A DNA stretch of 64,000 bases from a virus (taxonomy: Duplodnaviria; Caudoviricetes), in the IMG/VR virus record IMGVR_UViG_3300050507_000132, positions 15,197 through 79,196 of that record. One strand, 5' to 3'. The notes below the pieces were generated by a model. It was given only the letters and a program-made list of their open reading frames with translations. It was not told where the DNA came from and did no database searches. A program made the position numbers and the translations under genes. Of this stretch, positions 27,755-35,820 are shown in pieces (the stretch's first letter is position 1; every line of letters starts with the position of its first letter).

Positions 27755-28098
27755 AGTAAGGCCGAGTGAGAGACCCCCTCCCGGGGAGCCAGGCAGAACG
27801 GCAGACCGGTTGAGACAGAGGCTCGAACGAAGCACAGCATGTGGGCCAGGCGAGAGGTCCGTAGCAGCAAATGCAGACTCGGAGACAGGGCACCGACCCT
27901 CCCCAAGAAAACGGCAGGCCAGACCCGACGAGATCACAAAACGGCGGACGGCCGCAGGCAAGGTGAGGGAGACACGGAACCCACCGGCCAGCGGAGAGAA
28001 CCCGGGAGCGTACCGAGAGCGGACGGCCAGACGAACAACCACAAGACGAAACGACCACAGACCAGCCCCACAGGGGCAGAGACCAAGGAGAACCGATC

Positions 28099-28188
28099 AT
28101 GACGAACACCGAGCGGATCAAGGCGAACCTCGACGCGACGCGTGAGCGTATCCGGACGCAGCAGGCGCTACGCAAGAACACGGTATGA
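28099..28188 (+). CDS. 29-aa peptide
   Basis: Preceded by the conserved GACCAAGGAGAACCGATC-ATG cassette. Confidence 0.45.
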   Translation: MTNTERIKANLDATRERIRTQQALRKNTV

Positions 28189-28268
28189 GGCGAAACCGGA
28201 CCACGGTCCGGTCGGCCGGGCGCCGCCCGGTCCTGATGAGCCAGGCAGATGACCAAGGAGAACCGATC

Positions 28269-28496
28269 ATGAGCAAGACGCTGAAGTCCGGAAGCAATGT
28301 CCACTACAAGGGCGACCCGAGCATGACGGGGACGGTCGTCCGTACCGAGGACGTGGTGAAGAGCCCCCGCCGGGGGTCCGGGTACAACACCGGGAATACC
28401 AACGGGTCCACCACGATCACCATGTACTGGATCACCTGGGACGATATGCCCGATGAGGAGGACCGGTATTACCGGTCCGAACTGGTCGGGATCTGA
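28269..28496 (+). CDS. small SH3-like protein
   Basis: Conserved RBS cassette; beta-rich pattern. Confidence 0.6.
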   Translation: MSKTLKSGSNVHYKGDPSMTGTVVRTEDVVKSPRRGSGYNTGNTNGSTTITMYWITWDDMPDEEDRYYRSELVGI

Positions 28497-28548
28497 GCCT
28501 CAGTCCAGGTCATCCGCTCCGGCGGGTGCCCTGGCTCGGGGTGCTCAG
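28493..28548 (+). repeat. 56-nt structured intergenic repeat, copy 1
   Basis: Near-identical to 30604-30659; CTGAGC/GCTCAG closing helix, CCGC-TCCG-GCGG cap. Confidence 0.85.
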
Positions 28549-28580
28549 AACCTCGACCAACCGACCAAGGAGAACCGATC

Positions 28581-28838
28581 ATGACGAACACCACGCTGAC
28601 CCCCGCCCGTGTCGGTTCGGCCCTTGGCCGGGCCGGTTACCTCTCCCGCCGGGGAACGACCCGCGCCAACGGCTTCAAGGCGAGCAAGTTCATGCCGGGG
28701 ACCGTCGCGGTCACCGCACACTTCAACACCGACGCCCGGGAGCGCGAAGCGCTCATGTCCTACATCCCGGTTCTGATCGCTGCCGGGTTCGATGTCGACG
28801 ACCAGGAGACGACCCTCTTCGTCAGCCTCTCCAACTGA
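28581..28838 (+). CDS. hypothetical protein
   Basis: Conserved RBS cassette. Confidence 0.6.
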   Translation: MTNTTLTPARVGSALGRAGYLSRRGTTRANGFKASKFMPGTVAVTAHFNTDAREREALMSYIPVLIAAGFDVDDQETTLFVSLSN

Positions 28839-28931
28839 TCCGGTCACCAGTCGGGGGCGCGTCTCGTACGTGACCCCCTGTCGGGCCGACCGGCTCACCC
28901 GAAGACCAACTGACCAAGGAGAATCACCCCC

Positions 28932-29147
28932 ATGGGAGAGACCCCGGAGCAGCGCCGCGAACGCGAGTCGTTCGACCGGTACAAGGCTGCGATCAACGAC
29001 TCGCAGCGCGAGCTGATCACCCGCTGGGGCGTGCCGGTGGAGGACGCAGTACGCATCGTGTATGACCTGGCACAAGCTGCCCGGGACCGGGGGTGGGACT
29101 CTGCTGTCCTGCCCATCGCCATCGTGAACAAGGAGAACGGATCATGA
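28932..29147 (+). CDS. hypothetical protein
   Basis: GACCAAGGAG RBS. Confidence 0.6.
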   Translation: MGETPEQRRERESFDRYKAAINDSQRELITRWGVPVEDAVRIVYDLAQAARDRGWDSAVLPIAIVNKENGS

Positions 29148-29671
29148 GCTTTGACCCGAATGTGATCGCGGCGTTGGCTGAGCTGCGACACGCCGCAGCA
29201 CACATCAGCCGCCCCCTCGCCCGTGCATTTCAGACGCTGGACGACGCGGGTGTGTTCGCCGCGCTGGACGAGCAGACCGACTACGCGTCTGCGACGGAGA
29301 TCCTGGCGGAGTCAGCGGCAGACTCGCTGCGCAAGGCCCGGCAGCGCCTGATCTCGGATGCCATGGACCGGGACGAGGCTGAGCAGTCGGTGCCCGATCC
29401 GGCCGAGTGGGGCGACACCACGTCGGCGGACATGGCCCGGCACCAGGGCTACGTTGCCGCCTCCCGGCTCGGGAAGCCGGAGCGCATCCCCGACGCGCTC
29501 CGTCCGGCGCACGAGCACGTGTTCGCCAGCCCGCACTCGGACGAGGTCTGCTACGGCGCCGAGTGGTGCACGCTGACCTACGGCGAGCACCGTGAGCGGG
29601 CACGTTGGGAGGCTGCGGCACGCCACGGCGTGGATGCGTCCGAGGTCAACTGGGACGCAACTCAGCACTGA
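29144..29671 (+). CDS. hypothetical protein
   Basis: ATGA overlap; RBS AAGGAG. Confidence 0.6.
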   Translation: MSFDPNVIAALAELRHAAAHISRPLARAFQTLDDAGVFAALDEQTDYASATEILAESAADSLRKARQRLISDAMDRDEAEQSVPDPAEWGDTTSADMARHQGYVAASRLGKPERIPDALRPAHEHVFASPHSDEVCYGAEWCTLTYGEHRERARWEAAARHGVDASEVNWDATQH

Positions 29672-29704
29672 GCACGACGGCCCGGCCGGAGCCGTAATCC
29701 GGCC

Positions 29705-29778
29705 GCCCCCGCTAGCGTGATGACCGGCTGTCCGGAACAGCGTCGAGACTACGGCCCGTTCAAGTCGGGCCGGGGGCA
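29705..29778 (+). ncRNA. tRNA-like element 1 (acceptor and T arm, degenerate core)
   Basis: GCCCCCG/CGGGGGC 7-bp acceptor; GCCCG-TTCAAGT-CGGGC T arm; no canonical D or anticodon arm. Confidence 0.55.
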
Positions 29779-29817
29779 CTCAGCACGACCGACCAACGAG
29801 ACCAAGGAGAACCGATC

Positions 29818-30102
29818 ATGAGCATCACCTTCGAAACCATCACCCGCGATGACCTCGAAGCCATGCATGACATCACCTGGCGCAACGCCCTGGCCGCCCT
29901 GCGGCCCATGGAGATCGAGCAGCCCGTCAGCCTGGTCATGCCGTACTGGAGGGCCATGGAGGCGTACAGCACTCACATGGGGACGTGTGCACAGTGCGTC
30001 GACTCGCCGGTGTACGAGGGCGACTGCCCGCAGGGTCAGCGTCTCGCCGCTTTGGCGGCCGACGCCATGGCCGCTCAGGAAGACCTCGCCGCGCAGAACT
30101 GA
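29818..30102 (+). CDS. hypothetical protein (HxxxCxxC...C)
   Basis: Conserved RBS cassette. Confidence 0.6.
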   Translation: MSITFETITRDDLEAMHDITWRNALAALRPMEIEQPVSLVMPYWRAMEAYSTHMGTCAQCVDSPVYEGDCPQGQRLAALAADAMAAQEDLAAQN

Positions 30103-30142
30103 CCGCACCGCACCGCCCGATCAAGGAACCGAGAGGAAGACC

Positions 30143-30607
30143 ATGAGCAAGCGCCGGGAGATCGAAGTCCGGTTGACAGAGCAGAACATCGGCGTCGCGC
30201 TGGTGCCGGGCGACGTCATCGCGGATGCGGAGGAGCTGGGACAGGTTGTCTCGGCCCGGATGACCGTCCAGGGCCAGTACGCCGTCGTGTATTTCATGGG
30301 AGGCGACGCTTACAAGGAGACCTTCGGCGTTCCGCAGACGCTGCGGGTGCTCCGGGAGGTGGACGCACCGGAGTACGAGTGGCGCGGCCGTCCCCTCGGT
30401 ACGCACGGCCTGGTGGAGATCAGCAAGGTCGGAGGCGGCCGGGTCGGCCGGAGGTATCAGGGTCGCTGGAACGTGCGCGCCACCCAGAAGGGACGGGTGG
30501 TGTACGAGGGCGGCGGAGTCACCTCCGGCACCCCCAAGACGCACGCGGAGATGGCCCGGATCGTCTGGAGTTCCGTGGACGAGACGTACGACAGCGAAGT
30601 CGACTGA
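30143..30607 (+). CDS. hypothetical protein
   Basis: RBS GAGGA; GC3-rich codons. Confidence 0.6.
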   Translation: MSKRREIEVRLTEQNIGVALVPGDVIADAEELGQVVSARMTVQGQYAVVYFMGGDAYKETFGVPQTLRVLREVDAPEYEWRGRPLGTHGLVEISKVGGGRVGRRYQGRWNVRATQKGRVVYEGGGVTSGTPKTHAEMARIVWSSVDETYDSEVD

Positions 30608-30659
30608 GCCTCGGTCCAGGTCATCCGCTCCGGCGGGTGGCCTGGCTCAGGGCGCTCAG
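30604..30659 (+). repeat. 56-nt structured intergenic repeat, copy 2
   Basis: Near-identical to 28493-28548. Confidence 0.85.
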
Positions 30660-30689
30660 CCCGACCACAGAGAAGAGGAGAAACCGATC

Positions 30690-31061
30690 ATGGAATTCGT
30701 GCACCGCCTCACCAATGGAATTCTGAAGCGGGACGTCAACATCATCGACGGTCCGGTCCACAAGCACGCTTACAGCAGCACCGGCAAGCGGTACCGGGTG
30801 GAGGGTGCGCACGTGTCATTCCACCTGGACCGCAGCCGGGGCGAATGGACCACCCAACACGTCACTCTGCGGGGACCGGTTCTGCGCAAGGACGGCACCG
30901 AAGGCAAGGAGACGTTCAGCGGGGACCCCGGCTACGGCTGGGAGCGGCGGCCGGAATACGCGTGGCTGGTCAAGATGATCGACGCCATCCGCCCCGAAGG
31001 TGTACCCGAGCTGCCGTTCCGCCTCGCCGGACTGGAGAACGACGAGACCGAGGAGATCTGA
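30690..31061 (+). CDS. hypothetical protein
   Basis: RBS GAGGAG...CCGATC-ATG. Confidence 0.6.
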   Translation: MEFVHRLTNGILKRDVNIIDGPVHKHAYSSTGKRYRVEGAHVSFHLDRSRGEWTTQHVTLRGPVLRKDGTEGKETFSGDPGYGWERRPEYAWLVKMIDAIRPEGVPELPFRLAGLENDETEEI

Positions 31062-31064
31062 TCC

Positions 31065-31493
31065 ATGACCACACGAGAACCTGAGATCCCCCGGCCGTCG
31101 GTCGGAGACGCGTTCATTGTCCGGCGGTTGAAAAGCCGTTACCAGGAGGAGGAGGTCTTCCCTGTCCGGGTGCGGGCGATGGCCCGGTTCAGGGTCATCC
31201 TCGAAGGGCCGGATGGGGAAGACCTGCCTTGGATGTACCAGGAGTTCGACATTCGGACTCGCGCCGTGTGGGGCGCCGACCGGGACGACCGGCCCACCCG
31301 CCACGACGGATACAAGCTGCACACGGTGGAGACGCTGGCATGGGAGGACCGTAAGCACGCGGCTGACAGGTACCTGAGTGAGATGGGTATTCGCCTGTGG
31401 GATGTACGGGGGAACTTGCGCAAGGCCATCAACGCGGACCCCGTCGGGTTCGTCAACGCCCTGCGCCGGTTCGAGGGCCTGGAGGAGATCTGA
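31065..31493 (+). CDS. hypothetical protein
   Basis: Operon packing. Confidence 0.6.
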   Translation: MTTREPEIPRPSVGDAFIVRRLKSRYQEEEVFPVRVRAMARFRVILEGPDGEDLPWMYQEFDIRTRAVWGADRDDRPTRHDGYKLHTVETLAWEDRKHAADRYLSEMGIRLWDVRGNLRKAINADPVGFVNALRRFEGLEEI

Positions 31494-31594
31494 TGTCTGA
31501 CGGAGGCGACACCAATCCCCTGTCCTGCCTGCTGTGGATCCTCGCCCTCGCAGGAATCGTCTGGACTGTCGTAGTGCTGGCCACGGGACACTGA
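31493..31594 (+). CDS. small membrane peptide
   Basis: TGATG coupling; one TM helix. Confidence 0.45.
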   Translation: MSDGGDTNPLSCLLWILALAGIVWTVVVLATGH

Positions 31595-31630
31595 GCGCGA
31601 CGGCCGCCGGGAGCCGTAATCCCGGATCAT

Positions 31631-31726
31631 GGCCCGTCGTCCAACACGGCGAGGACACCCCGCGCGAGCCGGTTCTGATCGGTTCCCGGCTCCGGGGAGA
31701 AGCCGGTTCGAGTCCGGCCGGGCCCA
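31631..31726 (+). ncRNA. tRNA-like element 2 with an extended hairpin in place of the anticodon loop
   Basis: GGCCCG/CGGGCC acceptor; GTCC-AACACGGCGA-GGAC D arm; CCCCG/CGGGG stem enclosing the 30-nt insert with GAGCCGG/CCGGCTC; GCCGG-TTCGAGT-CCGGC T arm. Confidence 0.75.
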
Positions 31727-31756
31727 CTCAGCACACCGCCGACCAAGGAGGAACGC

Positions 31757-32113
31757 ATGACCACGGAACAGCACATCAAGCGCGGCGGGTTCGCCCGGGA
31801 CCGCCGCACCGGACAGATCGTCCGGGTCAAGGAGCAGGGCGGTTCGCACTGGCTGGTTCATCCGGCGTACAAGTCGGACGGCTACTGGACCGAGACGGAG
31901 AACCTGGACGCGGCCCCCAACCCGCACGGGTACTCGGGCTGGCACCTTCTGCTGATGCTGGGTTCGCTCGGCATCGCGGTGGGCACAGGCTGGGGCCTGT
32001 ACCAGGATCTTGCCGGAGCAGCCGACCAGGGATCCCGGTGGATTGCGACGGTCGCGGTCGGCGGAGGTGTCTTCGTGGCGTTCAGCCGACTGCTGGGACT
32101 GATCCGGGACTAG
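31757..32113 (+). CDS. membrane protein
   Basis: RBS AAGGAGG; two C-terminal TM helices. Confidence 0.6.
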   Translation: MTTEQHIKRGGFARDRRTGQIVRVKEQGGSHWLVHPAYKSDGYWTETENLDAAPNPHGYSGWHLLLMLGSLGIAVGTGWGLYQDLAGAADQGSRWIATVAVGGGVFVAFSRLLGLIRD

Positions 32114-32171
32114 GCCCGGCGTACTTCTGAGAAGTAATCTGGTCCGGCGGGTTTGCCTCCGCCGGGCCGGG

Positions 32172-32188
32172 TATGATTTAGTTAAAGC
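32172..32188 (+). promoter_or_regulatory. -10 (TATGAT) with overlapping operator variant
   Basis: TATGATTTAGTTAAAGC upstream of the DUF932-like gene. Confidence 0.6.
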
Positions 32189-32215
32189 ACCACCGACCAA
32201 GGAAGCGAGAACACC

Positions 32216-33388
32216 ATGACCGACACCCTCCGCAAGACGGACTTCGAGACCCTCCTCGCCACGCTGGACGAGCAGCAGGAGCGCAAGGTCGACGTGATCC
32301 TCCCGGCGACCAACCTGTGCTTCAAGGACGGCAACCTGCGGGTGCTGCGCTCCGACCTGGAGCCTGAGCTGACGGCGGACGGCGTCAAGAGCCCGGTCCA
32401 GGTGTTCGCCCCCAACGAGGTGTTCGACCAGGGCTTCGCGGACCGGCTCGGGGGTCCGGTGACCGCCAGCTTCATCCGCAAGCTGCGGGCCGAGGGCTGG
32501 ACGGACATCCTCGACGGCACGCTGAACGCACTGATCCACGGCAAGCGCACCGGCGAGGACGAGTGGATGCGCGAGCCGCAGACGAAGTCGGTCCTTCTCC
32601 GTGCGTTCAAGGACGCCGACGGCGGTCAGACCGGAACGGCCCGCGCGCTGCTCAGCAACGCGTACAAGATCATCGACCACGTCGACACGCTGCGGGCCGC
32701 GATGCAGGGCATGCGGGCCGCAGGGCTCGGCGCTGAGAACGTCACCCAGTGCGACCTGACCGCCCGGCGCATGTACGTCACGGTCGAGGTCCCGGAGGTC
32801 CGGGCGCAGGCCGCCACGCTGCTGAAGGACTACGTCTCGCCCTTCACCGGCAACCGTGGTGCGGACAACCCGATCGTGCACGCGGGGTTCGTGCTCGGCA
32901 ACTCGGAGGTCGGTGACGGGACGTTCTTCCTGTACCCGCGCATCGTCGCCGAAGTCTGCACGAACGGCATGACGATCAAGAAGGACGTCGGTGCGCTGGT
33001 CCAGCGGCACCTCGGAGCCCGGCTGGACGACGGCCTGGTGACCTACAGCGACGCGACCCACCGCGCCAACCGCGAGCTGATCACCCGCATGGCGGAGGAC
33101 ACGGTCCGGACCTTCCTGACCGAGGACTACCTCCACAGTGTGGTCCGCAAGCTGGAGGAGAAGGCCGGGGAGCCGGTCGCCAAGCCGGAGGCCGCGATCA
33201 AGGAGGTCACCCGGAAGCTGGAGATCCCCGCCCTGTACGACGACGTGCTGACGCACTTCATCAAGGGCGCGGACCTCAGCCGGGGTGGCATCATGCACGC
33301 AGTGACGGCCGCCGCACAGTCGGCCGACCTGGACGCCGACACGGCGTTCAAGATGGAGGAGCGCGCCACGGCGATGCTCCTCGGATAA
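32216..33388 (+). CDS. DUF932-like phage/plasmid protein
   Basis: ARALLSNAYKIIDH, GFVLGNSEVGDG, VCTNGM, H-G motif. Confidence 0.65.
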   Translation: MTDTLRKTDFETLLATLDEQQERKVDVILPATNLCFKDGNLRVLRSDLEPELTADGVKSPVQVFAPNEVFDQGFADRLGGPVTASFIRKLRAEGWTDILDGTLNALIHGKRTGEDEWMREPQTKSVLLRAFKDADGGQTGTARALLSNAYKIIDHVDTLRAAMQGMRAAGLGAENVTQCDLTARRMYVTVEVPEVRAQAATLLKDYVSPFTGNRGADNPIVHAGFVLGNSEVGDGTFFLYPRIVAEVCTNGMTIKKDVGALVQRHLGARLDDGLVTYSDATHRANRELITRMAEDTVRTFLTEDYLHSVVRKLEEKAGEPVAKPEAAIKEVTRKLEIPALYDDVLTHFIKGADLSRGGIMHAVTAAAQSADLDADTAFKMEERATAMLLG

Positions 33389-33473
33389 CACCCGAGACGA
33401 CCGGAGGGGATACGCCCCCACGTACCCTCCGGTCAGCCGGGCCCGGCAACCCCCCGCCGGGCCCGGCGCTCCG

Positions 33474-33551
33474 TCCCTCGTAGCTCAGTTGGCAGAGCTG
33501 CCCCTGCGTGACCTAGGGGCGTAGACGCTGGTTCGAACCCAGCCGAGGGAG
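33474..33551 (+). ncRNA. tRNA-like element 3 (pseudo-tRNA with an 11-nt anticodon loop)
   Basis: TCCCTCG/CGAGGGA; TA-GCTC-AGTTGGCA-GAGC; GCCCC-TGCGTGACCTA-GGGGC; GCTGG-TTCGAAC-CCAGC; no encoded CCA. Confidence 0.8.
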
Positions 33552-33754
33552 CGCAAGGCAGACCGTTCAGCGACGCGAGACAGCCTCCCCCGCCACAGCC
33601 AGTGGGGCACGGGGGTCAAGGAGAAGTCGTCGCCGACCGGGCCACGTAACGGCCCCCTCTGCGCCCGGAGGATGAACGGGCGTCCCGTTAAAGGGGCGTA
33701 CGACCGGCCGGGGTCACCCGGTCCCGGCCGGATCACGAGACGAAGGAGTGTCGG

Positions 33755-33952
33755 ATGATTCAGCTCGGTGCACACACGTCGTGGACGAAGTCCAGTTACA
33801 GCACCGGTACCGGCGCGTGTGTCGAGGTCCGTTCCACCGAGGCTACGGCCGTCGGTGTCACGGACAGCAAGGTCGACGACTCGCCCGCGCGGCCGGTCAT
33901 GTCTGTGTCCCCGGCCGCGTTCACCGCGCTCATCGAGAGCGTGCGCGTCTGA
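33755..33952 (+). CDS. DUF397 family protein
   Basis: WTKSSYS...ACVEV...VTDSK...VSPAAFTALI. Confidence 0.9.
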   Translation: MIQLGAHTSWTKSSYSTGTGACVEVRSTEATAVGVTDSKVDDSPARPVMSVSPAAFTALIESVRV

Positions 33953-34107
33953 TCAATCGCACCACGGCCGGGCCTCGACGGGGCCCGGCCTCCGCACACG
34001 GAAGGTGGCGCTAACCCCGGCCACCGAAACCAAGGGGAGATCATCATGGCCATGGGCCGACACACACGGGACGACCAGCGGGTCCGGGACGAAGGGGCGG
34101 GGCAGCT

Positions 34108-34377
34108 GTGAAGCGGCCGACGCTGAAGGCGTTCCTAGCAATGTCCTACGGAGAGGTGCTGGACGACCCGTCCGTCTACTGGGACCTGGAGTTGCTGATC
34201 GCCGAGTGGGCCACCGGCAAAGAGCCGACCCGGGGCCAGCTTCCGGACGTCTCGGGCAGGAACTTCGCGTCCTGGCTGGACGATATGTGGGAGGACCGGA
34301 CCGAGGAACCCGATGTCCCGGTCCAGAAGATCCTGGAATGCGCCGTGTCGGAGTGGTGCGGGGGGAGGACGTTCTGA
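34108..34377 (+). CDS. hypothetical protein
   Basis: GC3-rich codons; coupled to the next gene. Confidence 0.55.
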   Translation: MKRPTLKAFLAMSYGEVLDDPSVYWDLELLIAEWATGKEPTRGQLPDVSGRNFASWLDDMWEDRTEEPDVPVQKILECAVSEWCGGRTF

Positions 34378-34742
34378 TGAGCGAGATCCCCGGAGAGCGC
34401 AAGGTCGAATCGCGCCGCAACTTCCACGGCTCCAAGGGGGAGCACCTGTTCCCCCACCCATCGACGTACGCACGCCGGTCGGAGTGGACCGGCTGGGACA
34501 AGGCGTACGCCGCTCATCTGGACCGGCATCGGGAGCTGGCCGACAACCCCGAGCCGATGGACGGCGACCACCCGGCCGCCGTCGCCCTGTTCGAGCACAT
34601 CGAGGTGCTGAAGAAAATCATCGAGAACGAAAAGCGGCTCATCGTCGCAATCCGCCGGAAGGCAGCGCAGGGCCGGGAAGTCGACGAAGCCGAGCTGGAG
34701 GAGACCCGGCGTGTGCTGCGTCAGGGAGGTGTCGACGTATGA
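34377..34742 (+). CDS. hypothetical protein
   Basis: TGATG coupling; RBS GGAGG. Confidence 0.55.
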   Translation: MSEIPGERKVESRRNFHGSKGEHLFPHPSTYARRSEWTGWDKAYAAHLDRHRELADNPEPMDGDHPAAVALFEHIEVLKKIIENEKRLIVAIRRKAAQGREVDEAELEETRRVLRQGGVDV

Positions 34743-35314
34743 GGACCGTGTTCCGCAACTCGGAGATCCCCGGCCGCATTCACGCCCTGCTGCCCTTCCT
34801 GTCCGTCGGCAAGCTGCCGGACGGAACACGGACCTGGTCGGGCCACTCCGGCCCGGCGATATCGGTTGGCCACCTGCCCCGCCGGTACCATGCTTCGGCT
34901 CGAGCGGCCGTGTACGTGGTCTACAGCCACGGCACGCCCATCGCATGGGTGCTGGAGGTCCAGCACGGAACATCCCCGTTCACGTACGCCGTGCCGGACG
35001 TCGGCTATTCGCCGACCACGGGTCAGCACCAGTACGCCTGTCTGGAAGCATGGGCGGATGAGCTGCGTCGGCAGGGCAACTACCGACGGTGGCCTGGCCG
35101 GAACCGGGAGACCGTCCGCGTCCCCGGCAACGCGGAGGTCTACGGCCGGACCATCCGGGCCCGGTCCGGCGGAATCGACGGCGTTCGGCCGGGCGAAATC
35201 GTCGGTGCACCAGTTCGCCGGGAAGCGCGCCGGACGCTGGACGACTCCCCCCGCGACGGCGCACAGTCCGGGGGTCTTCCCGGCGACTGGACCGGGCATA
35301 AGGCCCATCCATGA
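34739..35314 (+). CDS. hypothetical protein
   Basis: ATGA overlap; VVYSHGTPIAW...YSPTTGQHQ. Confidence 0.6.
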   Translation: MRTVFRNSEIPGRIHALLPFLSVGKLPDGTRTWSGHSGPAISVGHLPRRYHASARAAVYVVYSHGTPIAWVLEVQHGTSPFTYAVPDVGYSPTTGQHQYACLEAWADELRRQGNYRRWPGRNRETVRVPGNAEVYGRTIRARSGGIDGVRPGEIVGAPVRREARRTLDDSPRDGAQSGGLPGDWTGHKAHP

Positions 35315-35442
35315 ACCGGTGTTCACGAAACGGGTGTCCGTTCCCAAATCGGGACGGACACCCGTTCTTTCTGCGTAGTGACTTTACGTACCTCAGGGTG
35401 GACGCTTAACAGAAATGGCGCGATCCCGTGGGAGGTAGGAGG

Positions 35443-35820
35443 TTGCTCGTATTCAACTTCTCCGCCGCTGAAGTGGTCTGGCAGGACAACGCGCGGTGCA
35501 GTGGCGCGCAGTTCAACTTCACTCCCGAGGCGGAGACGTGCAACGAACTGGAGTACGTCCGGGGGCAGTGGTGCAACCTCTGCCCCGTCCGGATCGAGTG
35601 TCTGGCCTATGCGTTGCTGTACCGGATGTCCGGCTACTGGGGAGGGACCGATACCGCCGAAAGGCGCAGGCTCTCCTATCCCCGCAATCGTGTCCGGTGT
35701 CCCGACTGCAAGAGCAAGGCCGTTGTCCCCACCGAAGAGGGACAGGAGATCTGCCAGCACTGCGGTATGTCCTGGACTGGAGTCTCCCGCCCCCGCCTGC
35801 CCGAGGAGGCAGCCGGATGA
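35443..35820 (+). CDS. whiB: WhiB-family Fe-S transcription factor with C-terminal Zn ribbon
   Basis: WQDNARC...CNLCPVRIECLAYAL...GYWGGTDTAERRRL plus CPDC/CQHC. Confidence 0.9.
   Translation: MLVFNFSAAEVVWQDNARCSGAQFNFTPEAETCNELEYVRGQWCNLCPVRIECLAYALLYRMSGYWGGTDTAERRRLSYPRNRVRCPDCKSKAVVPTEEGQEICQHCGMSWTGVSRPRLPEEAAG

Noticed and set aside
31139-33421. Long antisense ORFs (also 5140-6387, 18656-20194, 40484-42079, 44260-46470, 48824-50617, 52035-54326, 54421-56379, 61302-63104)
   Set aside because: Shadow frames typical of high-GC coding DNA; they lie opposite genes with recognisable motifs and show none themselves.
33474-33551. Canonical tRNA (Ser-TGA or Val-GAC)
   Set aside because: No register gives a 7-nt loop with U33 and a purine at 37, so it is reported as tRNA-like.
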